From positions 1 to 51,963 of the forward strand of contig JBNMHL010000002.1 of NCBI GenBank assembly GCA_050872745.1: DNA of 51,963 nt, read 5' to 3'. Below the pieces are notes generated by a model that was not told the DNA's origin, searched no databases, and saw only the letters and a list, made by a program, of their open reading frames with translations. The DNA comes from Clostridiales bacterium. GTDB taxonomy: Bacteria; Bacillota; Clostridia; Christensenellales; UBA1242. Of this stretch, positions 1 to 7,100 are shown piece by piece. The translations under genes and the position numbers were made by a program. The first letter of the stretch is position 1. Every line of letters starts with the position of its first letter.

Positions 1-115
1 ATGTATTTTCATCTAGAGCAATAATCCCCTTTTGAACACAATCACTTATAACTTCCTTAGTTATAACAATCACATCATCAGAATTAGCAGGAGTTGTTTT
101 AAATGCTAATTCTAA
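1..115 (-). pseudogene. rarA: Continuation of RarA/MgsA in a shifted frame; runs off the window start
   Basis: Minus-strand translation starting at 115 reads LELAFKTTPANSDDVIVITKEVISDCVQKGIIALDENT with no stop. This is the expected continuation after ...GDLRNALNT of ORF 112-768. Confidence 0.6.
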
Positions 116-768
116 GTGTTTAGTGCATTACGCAAATCACCACAACAAGACCAAATTATATAGTTCATTGCATCATTATCAATTGAGACATTATACCTTC
201 CGAACCCATTTTCTTTATCAGATAATGCGTGATTGATTGCAGACTTGATATCATTAGCATCAAGAGGTTTAAATTCGAACACTTTACATCTCGAAACAAT
301 TGCTTTTGTCATTGCTATATATGGGTTTTCAGTGGTTGAACCAATAAAGGTAATGTAACCTTTTTCGATCGCTTCAAGCACGCAATCAGATTGAGCTTTG
401 CTCCACCTATGGCATTCATCTAGTAACAAGAATGTTTGCTTGTTGTATAAGTTTAAGTTTGTTTTTGCTTCTTCAATTATCGCTTTAGCATCCACAACGC
501 CTGACGACACAGCATTTAATTTTCTAAAAATCCCATTGCACGTGTTTGCAACAATATTTGCAAGAGTTGTTTTTCCTGTTCCAGGTGGTCCGTAAAAAAT
601 ACAACTACCTAAACTATTAGATCTTATCGCCCTGCTCAAAAAACTATTTTGAGATATAATATGTTTTTGACCATAAAAATTATCAAGAGTTGATGGTCTC
701 ATTCTATCTGCAAGTGGCTGTTTAATATTGAAATAAGTTTCATCATTATAAAATTGATTAGTTTCCAT
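112..768 (-). CDS. rarA: Replication-associated recombination protein A (RarA/MgsA), N-terminal AAA+ part, ended early by a TAG created by a 1-nt frameshift
   Basis: Walker A GPPGTGKTT, Walker B LLLDECHRW and the GDLRNALN sensor region are present. At 218 aa it is about half the usual length. Confidence 0.85.
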   Translation of the reverse strand: METNQFYNDETYFNIKQPLADRMRPSTLDNFYGQKHIISQNSFLSRAIRSNSLGSCIFYGPPGTGKTTLANIVANTCNGIFRKLNAVSSGVVDAKAIIEEAKTNLNLYNKQTFLLLDECHRWSKAQSDCVLEAIEKGYITFIGSTTENPYIAMTKAIVSRCKVFEFKPLDANDIKSAINHALSDKENGFGRYNVSIDNDAMNYIIWSCCGDLRNALNT

Positions 769-780
769 ATTTTATATTAC

Positions 781-905
781 CTGAAGTTGTTAGCAAACAG
801 CCCGATGGGATACTTGCTATCAACAAATGTTAATCAAAACAGTGATACCACAAGATATTGTGGAAATTGCGGTAGCAATTAAAAATTTTAACTCACTTAA
901 ATTTT
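781..905. repeat. Four-hairpin intergenic element, copy A (homologous to 51842-51963 in inverted orientation)
   Basis: By hand alignment, 781-840 matches the reverse complement of 51904-51963 at 52 of 60 positions. Hairpins lie at 786-824 (CCC-loop-GGG tip), 848-864, 865-880 and 882-905. Confidence 0.7.
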
Positions 906-1066
906 CATCACCTAGTTTACATTATAACACACTGAATTTATTTTTTAAACGCTTTTGCTAAAATAATTGTAAACTTTTATATTTGCAAACTCATATAGAA
1001 AACCAATTAAATTTTGAACAAAAACCTTAAATAGACAATTTACAATTTGTATATTTATACACAAAC

Positions 1067-1987
1067 TTATATAATTATAGAGTCAAAATTGTAATACTTC
1101 ACTCCATTAATTTTTATAACCTTTTTATTATTAACTTTACATAAAACATAGGAAATATTGTTAATAGAAATAGATGCACTACGATTATATGAAAAATTTT
1201 TAAAACTAACACATCTACCATTTATTTTAATTTTAAGATAAAAAAACAAATAATAAATTTTAAGAAGATCTAGTTTATTAGATGATGATAGATTATTAAT
1301 TACAAAATTAAAAGCTAAATCATTTGTTAAGTTATGTTTTATTAGCATTTTAATACAGTTTTCAATTTGATATAAGTTACTAAATATTATTGAATTTAAT
1401 AAATTTTGATTATTGATTTTTTTATCAAATATTTTTATATTATTGACAATATCAATTGCATTATTGTCAATTTTATATATGATATTGTCATTGTTACAAT
1501 AATTATTGATATAAATTCGTATTTTCACATAATTATTACCATAAATTAAAATAGCGTTATTTTTTAATAAAAATTTACAATTATCACTAAGTACTATTCT
1601 ATATTTCGTATTAAATATATCAATAAAAAGCATTTTACTGTTTGATTCAACACAATCAATTATGTTTTTATTAAAAACAATTTTTAGTTTATTACTAAAG
1701 CCCACATCTATGGCTATTGAATTTTTAAATTGATTAAAACAAAAAGTAGTTTTACTTTTTTCATTTGGAAAAGTTTTAGCGTATATAAACCTGGCATTCA
1801 TAGCAATGAATTTCAACTTATTATTAAATAGCATTTTAAAAAACGGAAAATTGATTTTACTAGAATACCAACTACCCTTTTTATTAAATTTATATGCATA
1901 ATTATGCATATAAATTTTACTATTTTTAAATAATTCTATTAAAAAATAATCCATTATAAAAACATAAAATATGATATTAAAGTTCAT
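1067..1987 (-). CDS. Hypothetical protein, extremely N/I/K-rich, no recognisable domain
   Basis: A 306-aa ORF in the most AT-rich part of the window. I recognise no motif in it. In such AT-rich DNA an open frame this long is not expected by chance. Confidence 0.5.
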   Translation of the reverse strand: MNFNIIFYVFIMDYFLIELFKNSKIYMHNYAYKFNKKGSWYSSKINFPFFKMLFNNKLKFIAMNARFIYAKTFPNEKSKTTFCFNQFKNSIAIDVGFSNKLKIVFNKNIIDCVESNSKMLFIDIFNTKYRIVLSDNCKFLLKNNAILIYGNNYVKIRIYINNYCNNDNIIYKIDNNAIDIVNNIKIFDKKINNQNLLNSIIFSNLYQIENCIKMLIKHNLTNDLAFNFVINNLSSSNKLDLLKIYYLFFYLKIKINGRCVSFKNFSYNRSASISINNISYVLCKVNNKKVIKINGVKYYNFDSIII

Positions 1988-2051
1988 AATTAATTATTTC
2001 ATATTTCATAAAATTAATAACACATAAATAATACTTTTATTTTTGCATAAC

Positions 2052-2075
2052 AAAAAAACTCCGCATTAAGCGGAG
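2052..2075 (-). terminator. Intrinsic terminator after rnpB
   Basis: CTCCGC/GCGGAG stem (2059-2075) with a 5-nt loop, followed on the minus strand by a U-run (the A-run 2052-2058 on plus). Confidence 0.8.
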
Positions 2076-2077
2076 CT

Positions 2078-2408
2078 ATTAGAATGAAAATAAGCCGAGT
2101 TTTGTTTTAGATGATTATCTATCTAGAATTATCGTTACCGATAATTTCAAGCGGTGTATAGAGAGACTAGCGAGTAGCGTTAAAACATCTCTCAACCTTG
2201 CATCATGTGGAGTTTACAGAACAAAATAGTCACCTATTCTGCTAGTTGGCTCTTACCCAACTTTTCCACCCTTACACACTAAAGTGTGCGGTTTATTTCT
2301 GTTGCACTTGTCTTGAAGTCGCCTTCACTGGCCGTTAGCCAGCACATTACTCTTTGATGCTCGGACTTTCCTCAAGTGATAACACTTGCAATCATCTTTT
2401 CATCTAAC
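2078..2408 (-). ncRNA. rnpB: RNase P RNA, bacterial type A
   Basis: The minus strand carries GAGGAAAGUCCGAGC (2359-2373), CAAGUGCAACAGAAAUAAACCGC, GUAAGGGUGGAAAAGUUGGGUAAGAGCCAAC, GUAAACUCCACAUGAUGCAAGG, CUAGAUAGAUAAUCAUC and ACAAAACUCGGCUUAU. These are colinear with E. coli M1 RNA. P1 pairs roughly 2397-2406 with 2081-2090. Confidence 0.95.
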
Positions 2409-2521
2409 TCTAGTATTATAACACATTATATTACTATTTTCAAGACATATATTTAAATATTCTAATTCTATATCGCAACAATTCAAACTTTAGATTCTAA
2501 CACAATCATTGTTGAAATACT

Positions 2522-3220
2522 TTAAAAATAATCAGAACGTTTCATTTTAGATTGCATAGTCTCCAGTGCTTTCTTTTCTAATCTTGAAATGTAGCTCCGG
2601 CTAATTCCAAGTTTTTTAGCAACTTCTCTTTGCGTTAATGCAGGCATATCATTTAGTCCATAACGCATACAAATAATTACATATTCTCTTTTTGTTAAAT
2701 TCTCTTTTAATAATGTATTTAAAGTTTCACTTAAAATATTGTTTTCAGCAATTTTAGCAACATCATTTTCTTCAGAATAAGCTAGATCAACAACACTAAC
2801 CTCATTATCTTCATCATCAGAACATAGCACATCTTCTAAACTAATAGTGTTTTTATGTTTTTTGTTTATCCTTATCAACATTAATATTTCATTTTCTATG
2901 CATCTTGCTGCGTATGTACTAAACTGCGTTCCAAAATTAGGTTTATATGTTTCAATGGCTTTAATCAAACCTAAACTTCCAACCCCAATAAAATCATCAG
3001 CCTCTCCAGCTTGGTTATATTTTTTAACAACATGGGCGACCAGCCTCAGGTTATGATGCACAAGCTTTTCTTTGGCCTTTTCATCACCGTTTTTGTATTT
3101 TTCCAATAATTCAGCTTCTTCACTTGGTTTTAGTGGCTTAGGAAAAGATGAATTATTGTTTATATATGATGTGAAAAACATTAATTTTTGCATAAATGCA
3201 ACAAAATTTTCGACTACCAT
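2522..3220 (-). CDS. sigK: Sporulation sigma factor SigK (pro-sigma-K), uninterrupted
   Basis: MVVENFVAFMQKLMFFTSYINNNSSFPKPL...HNLRLVAHVVKKY aligns with the B. subtilis pro-SigK N-terminus. Region 4 reads ISRSYISRLEKKAL. The ATG at 3220 has an AAGGTG SD; the GTG start at 3229 in the track lies inside that SD. Confidence 0.9.
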   Translation of the reverse strand: MVVENFVAFMQKLMFFTSYINNNSSFPKPLKPSEEAELLEKYKNGDEKAKEKLVHHNLRLVAHVVKKYNQAGEADDFIGVGSLGLIKAIETYKPNFGTQFSTYAARCIENEILMLIRINKKHKNTISLEDVLCSDDEDNEVSVVDLAYSEENDVAKIAENNILSETLNTLLKENLTKREYVIICMRYGLNDMPALTQREVAKKLGISRSYISRLEKKALETMQSKMKRSDYF

Positions 3221-3326
3221 ACAAAACACCTTAGATTATTTTGTTGAAAAATGTAGAAATTTCAACAATAGTAATGTATATGTTTTAGATGTTTCAATTT
3301 TGCTTGTACAAAAAATATTGTGGAAT

Positions 3327-3354
3327 AAAAAAAGTATGAGCGAACCCATACTTT
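3327..3354 (-). terminator. Intrinsic terminator after the ruvX-DUF1292 pair
   Basis: AAAGTATG/CATACTTT stem (3331-3354) with an 8-nt loop and a U-run on the minus strand. Confidence 0.6.
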
Positions 3355-3387
3355 AAAAATTATTACAATTCAAATGAAAATTAATGA

Positions 3388-3702
3388 CTATTCTTCAATG
3401 CCTTCAGCTTTAAGCATTTCATAATATTGATCAAAAACTTTATCGATAACTTTATCATCTTCAGTTACAACAAGCACTTCTTCATCATCAACTTCTTCGA
3501 TATTGAATACTAATGCTTCATCATCTTTCATTCCTTCGAAAGCTTCAATTGGTCTTAAAATCGCATAAACTTTTTCATCCATAGGAATAACAGCTATTTG
3601 TTCAAATTCAACACCATCTCCATTTTCATCATATAATGTGATATTATCACTATTATTTTCATCTAGCAATAAATCAATAGGTGATACTTCTTTTTCACTC
3701 AT
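3388..3702 (-). CDS. DUF1292 family protein (YrzB-like)
   Basis: An acidic 104-aa protein immediately downstream of ruvX, as in the B. subtilis yrrK-yrzB pair. It contains the ...FE.IA.I..... YA.L.P motif. Confidence 0.75.
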   Translation of the reverse strand: MSEKEVSPIDLLLDENNSDNITLYDENGDGVEFEQIAVIPMDEKVYAILRPIEAFEGMKDDEALVFNIEEVDDEEVLVVTEDDKVIDKVFDQYYEMLKAEGIEE

Positions 3703-3703
3703 A

Positions 3704-4141
3704 TTATAAACTCCTTTTTAAATTATCCAAATAATCTTGAAGAATAATAGTTGCAGAAATTTTATCTATAACCATTTTCCTTTTTTGCCTGGAAACATCA
3801 GCCGAGATCAACATTTTTTCAGCAATAAGAGAAGTTAATCTTTCATCTGAAAAAATAATTTCAATATTATCATCTAAATTTGATTTTAATAATTCAGCGA
3901 AATTTTTTGTTTTAATTGTTTGATTACTTTCAGTTCCATCCATATTTAATGGCAAACCAAACAGAATTTTTTTCACATTATTCTCGTTAATTACTTTTTT
4001 TAAATGAATTATATCTTCCTTAATTGATTTTCGCGTGTAAGTTTCAAAACCAGATGCTAGCGTGTGAGTTAAATCACTTAGAGCAACTCCAATCCTTACA
4101 TCACCATAGTCTAAACACATTATTCGATACATTGTTTCCAT
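3704..4141 (-). CDS. ruvX: Putative pre-16S rRNA nuclease / Holliday junction resolvase-like YqgF (RuvX)
   Basis: N-terminal LDYGDVRIGVALSD and a central LPLNMDGTES motif typical of the YqgF family. 145 aa. Confidence 0.85.
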   Translation of the reverse strand: METMYRIMCLDYGDVRIGVALSDLTHTLASGFETYTRKSIKEDIIHLKKVINENNVKKILFGLPLNMDGTESNQTIKTKNFAELLKSNLDDNIEIIFSDERLTSLIAEKMLISADVSRQKRKMVIDKISATIILQDYLDNLKRSL

Positions 4142-4198
4142 ACTCTATTAATATATCATATTATCAAAAATTAACAAAGCATATTTCAACAAATTAAA

Positions 4199-4235
4199 TA
4201 AAAATAGATATGAAAAATTATTTTCATATCTATTT
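4199..4235 (-). terminator. Intrinsic terminator after the small ORF 4243-4380
   Basis: A perfect 15-bp stem, 4202-4216 with 4221-4235, and a 4-nt loop. It is AT-rich, and T residues follow on the minus strand. Confidence 0.55.
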
Positions 4236-4242
4236 CAACAAA

Positions 4243-4380
4243 TTATTTCATTTTTTCAATTGAATTTTTAACTGCCTTTTTAGTTTTTTCAACCACTTCT
4301 TGTGCCTTTTTATTGTTTGAAACAATTAATGCACCCGCAATTAAACCTAATGCCATACTGATCAGAACGCAATCTTTCAT
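4243..4380 (-). CDS. Small membrane-anchored protein (45 aa), absent from the ORF track
   Basis: ATG at 4380 is preceded by GGAGGTG (4386-4392) at 5-nt spacing. The product is MKDCVLISMALGLIAGALIVSNNKKAQEVVEKTKKAVKNSIEKMK: one TM helix plus a charged amphipathic tail (YtxH-like flavour). It has its own terminator. Confidence 0.6.
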   Translation of the reverse strand: MKDCVLISMALGLIAGALIVSNNKKAQEVVEKTKKAVKNSIEKMK

Positions 4381-4462
4381 ATAAACACCTCCGATGTTAT
4401 ATTTTTTACATTTTTAGACAAAATTATACATATTTTTAACTTATAATAATTATTAAAAATAA

Positions 4463-4494
4463 AAATAAAAAACAATTCAAAATTAATCGAATTG
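4463..4494 (-). terminator. Probable intrinsic terminator after the Fe-S operon
   Basis: CAATTC (4473-4478) pairs with GAATTG (4489-4494); a long U-run follows on the minus strand. Confidence 0.45.
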
Positions 4495-4615
4495 CTTTTT
4501 ATGGTTTCTAAACTAAAACATTAATTAAAATAAAGAACATTATTAAAATCATATTATTTTTTAGATTGTGCTAAAACTAATATTTATTTTATCGTTATAA
4601 ATTAATTAATATTCA

Positions 4616-5020
4616 TTATTTACTTTTTTTAGTTTTTGTTGATGAGTTGGTGTTTTTATTATTTTTATAATCTTCAATTGCCTTTTCAATTGCTTCTTTA
4701 GCAAGAACACTACAATGAATTTTTTGTGGTGGTAATCCACCTAAGATATCTATAATTTCTTGGTTTTCAAGCTTTAATACTTCATCAATGGTCTTGCCCT
4801 TTATTAGTTCAGTTGCAACCGATGATGACACAATAGCAGCAGTACAACCAAAAGTTTCAAAACTTGCATCATCAATAATTTCATTGTCATTTATTTTTAA
4901 ATAGAGTTTCATAATATCGCCGCAAACTTGATTACCAACCATCCCCACACCATTAGCATCTTTAATTGCACCAACATTTTTTGGATGTTGAAATAAATCA
5001 ATTACTTTTTCATTATACAT
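4616..5020 (-). CDS. nifU: Fe-S cluster scaffold protein NifU/IscU
   Basis: Three conserved Cys contexts are present (VCGD, FGCTAAI, IHCS). 134 aa. It overlaps nifS by 8 nt. Confidence 0.9.
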   Translation of the reverse strand: MYNEKVIDLFQHPKNVGAIKDANGVGMVGNQVCGDIMKLYLKINDNEIIDDASFETFGCTAAIVSSSVATELIKGKTIDEVLKLENQEIIDILGGLPPQKIHCSVLAKEAIEKAIEDYKNNKNTNSSTKTKKSK

Positions 5021-6212
5021 TTATATTCTCCTTTATTTTGTTCGATTTTTTGGTTAATTTTAACGGACTCATATCTCTTAATCTTTGAACAATTTGAGAT
5101 AGTTTTTCAATAACATAATCAACATCATCAATAGTAATTTCAGGAGAAAAAGAAAATCTAATTGCGCCGTTAATTAATTCATGGGATAATCCCATCGCCT
5201 TTAAAACATGGCTTTTTTCAAGTGAACCAGATGCACACGCAGATCCAGTTGAAACAGCAATACCTTCCATATCTAAAAGCATTAAAATACTTTCCCCTTC
5301 AATTGCTTTAAAACTTACATTTACAATTCCTGGTGCTTTTTGGTTTTCGTTTCCGTTTATTTTAATATCTGAAATTGAATATTTTAATTTGTTAATAAAA
5401 TAATTTGTTATTTCTTTAATTTTTTTTAAAGAATCATTAAGCAACAACTTGTTAAGTTCCATAGCCTTGCCAAACCCAACAACATTTGCAACATTTGTTG
5501 TCCCGCCACGCTTATTCATTTCTTGCTCACCACCAAGCATAAATTTTTTTATAGGCGTTCCTTTTCTAACGTACAAAGCTCCCATTCCTTTAGGTCCGTG
5601 AATTTTATGTGAAGACATTGATAGCAAATCAATGCCCATATCATCAACATCAAAATCAATAACACTCATTGCTTGAACAGCATCAGTATGAAAATACGCA
5701 CCATAATGCTTAACAGTTTCACCAATAGCTTTTATGTTTTGAATAGTTCCAACTTCATTATTAACACTCATTATTGAAACTAAAATAGTATCTTTTCTTA
5801 AGTTATGAATTAAGTCTGTTAATGAAATTAAACCGGTTTCATCAACTGGAAGATAGGTAATTTCAAAGCCTTCTCTTTCTAAATCCTTACAAGTTTCCAA
5901 AATTGCATGATGCTCAATTTGTGTTGTTATAATATGCTTTCCCTTTTTCTGATTTGCATAAGCGATACCTTTAATAGCCCAATTATCAGCTTCAGTCCCG
6001 CCAGAAGTAAAATAAATTTCAGTTGGGCTAGCCCCTATTGATTTTGCAATAATATCTCTAGCTTTATCAACTCCTTTAGCAGCCTCTCTTCCAAAAGAAT
6101 GCAAACTATTTGCATTTCCATAAATTTTTGTTAAATAAGGCATCATTTCATTCAAAACTTCACCGCTTAAACTTGTTGTTGCAGCATTATCTAAATATAC
6201 TCTTCTATTCAT
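5013..6212 (-). CDS. nifS: Cysteine desulfurase NifS/IscS (class V aminotransferase)
   Basis: PLP-lysine motif [10 protein letters not shown] and catalytic loop SACASG. 399 aa. Confidence 0.9.
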   Translation of the reverse strand: MNRRVYLDNAATTSLSGEVLNEMMPYLTKIYGNANSLHSFGREAAKGVDKARDIIAKSIGASPTEIYFTSGGTEADNWAIKGIAYANQKKGKHIITTQIEHHAILETCKDLEREGFEITYLPVDETGLISLTDLIHNLRKDTILVSIMSVNNEVGTIQNIKAIGETVKHYGAYFHTDAVQAMSVIDFDVDDMGIDLLSMSSHKIHGPKGMGALYVRKGTPIKKFMLGGEQEMNKRGGTTNVANVVGFGKAMELNKLLLNDSLKKIKEITNYFINKLKYSISDIKINGNENQKAPGIVNVSFKAIEGESILMLLDMEGIAVSTGSACASGSLEKSHVLKAMGLSHELINGAIRFSFSPEITIDDVDYVIEKLSQIVQRLRDMSPLKLTKKSNKIKENINV

Positions 6213-6603
6213 AATTCCCCCTGATCATATCTTCTAATGAAAAATCATCTAATACTTTGTTTATTTTTAAATATAATGCATTAAATATATTCTTGTTTGG
6301 ACAATTGATATTTGGGCACTTACCAGCATTACAATCGGCCAAATATAACTTACCTTCAAGCGTACGAAGAATGTCGCCTATAGATATATCTTTAGCATCT
6401 TTTGCAATCATATAACCGCCACTTGCTCCACGCATTGATATAACCAACTTTGCTTTTTTTAAAATTCCCATCAGCTTTTCCAAATATGCTGACGAAGTTT
6501 CAGTTAATGTTGCTAATGTTGTTATCGATAAATTTTCATTTGGATTTTTAGCTAGAAAATACATAGCTTTTAACCCGTATCTACCTTTAGTTGAAAGTTT
6601 CAT
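6205..6603 (-). CDS. Rrf2 family transcriptional regulator (IscR/CymR-like)
   Basis: [15 protein letters not shown]-terminus and a C-terminal Cys cluster ([11 protein letters not shown]). It is the first gene of the nifS-nifU operon. Confidence 0.85.
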   Translation of the reverse strand: MKLSTKGRYGLKAMYFLAKNPNENLSITTLATLTETSSAYLEKLMGILKKAKLVISMRGASGGYMIAKDAKDISIGDILRTLEGKLYLADCNAGKCPNINCPNKNIFNALYLKINKVLDDFSLEDMIRGNYE

Positions 6604-6662
6604 AATAATACCCTACCAATTTAGTCTGATATATTCTACAATAATAAATACACGTTGTCAAT

Positions 6663-6696
6663 AAAAAAAATAAAACTTTCACAAGTTTTATTTTTT
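6663..6696. terminator. Bidirectional intrinsic terminator
   Basis: TAAAACTT/AAGTTTTA stem (6671-6690) with loop TCAC, flanked by an A-run (6663-6670) and a T-run (6691-6696). Confidence 0.6.
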
Positions 6697-6790
6697 ATCC
6701 TCACTTTATTTGGAATATTTTAATTAAACTTAATAACTCAATATCAAATACAATTTGTGTAAATGTATAGAGATAAAAATATTTTTAGAA

Positions 6791-7099
6791 TTAATCTATA
6801 TATTTATCAAAAGTATCAGCAATAAAATCAGCTGTTCTAAAGCCAACAATTTTTTCACACTGAAAACCATTTTTAAAAAGTAGCATACTAGGCGCGAGAT
6901 TAATATCAAACTCTTTAACTAGTTCTTCACATTCATTCATGGATACATTGATCATAAAAACCTTTTTATCATATCCTTTGTTAATGAGTTTATCAATTTC
7001 AGCGGTTAACATCCTACACGGAACACACAAAGGCTTTTGAAATCTAACAAAAACCAAATCGTTTGATTCAACTATTTTATTTAAATCCGCTAATGTCAT
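6791..7099 (-). CDS. Thioredoxin-family protein with a CVPC active site
   Basis: 102 aa with the motif FQKPLCVPCRML (variant of WCGPC). Its start lies 1 nt after the helD stop codon. Confidence 0.75.
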   Translation of the reverse strand: MTLADLNKIVESNDLVFVRFQKPLCVPCRMLTAEIDKLINKGYDKKVFMINVSMNECEELVKEFDINLAPSMLLFKNGFQCEKIVGFRTADFIADTFDKYID

Positions 7100-7100
7100 A

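Noticed and set aside
398-595. Plus-strand ORFs lying inside minus-strand genes: 398-595, 2847-3056, 9285-9476, 9633-9883, 10155-10433, 12848-13135, 14893-15081, 18501-18891, 20839-21147, 22710-22901, 23953-24198, 24529-24884, 25959-26165, 26721-27068, 27498-27938, 30053-30649, 31868-32059, 34256-34609, 36062-36271, 40016-40222, 41203-41415, 42622-42861, 43161-43447, 43767-43994, 46311-46526 and 49335-49565. The same applies to the minus-strand ORFs inside plus-strand genes: 32759-32971, 34677-34877, 50473-50691 and 50713-51009.
   Set aside because: Each lies antisense within a longer ORF that has clear family motifs. Their products are low-complexity S/L/F/I-rich strings typical of shadow frames in AT-rich DNA, and none has an SD.
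2522-3229. Possible interruption of sigK by a skin-like element.
   Set aside because: The ORF is continuous from the pro-sequence through region 4 and has the normal length.
3072-3356. A 94-aa plus-strand ORF spanning the sigK 5' end and the sigK upstream region.
   Set aside because: It lies mostly antisense to sigK and its promoter or SD, and the rest covers a terminator hairpin. It has no SD.
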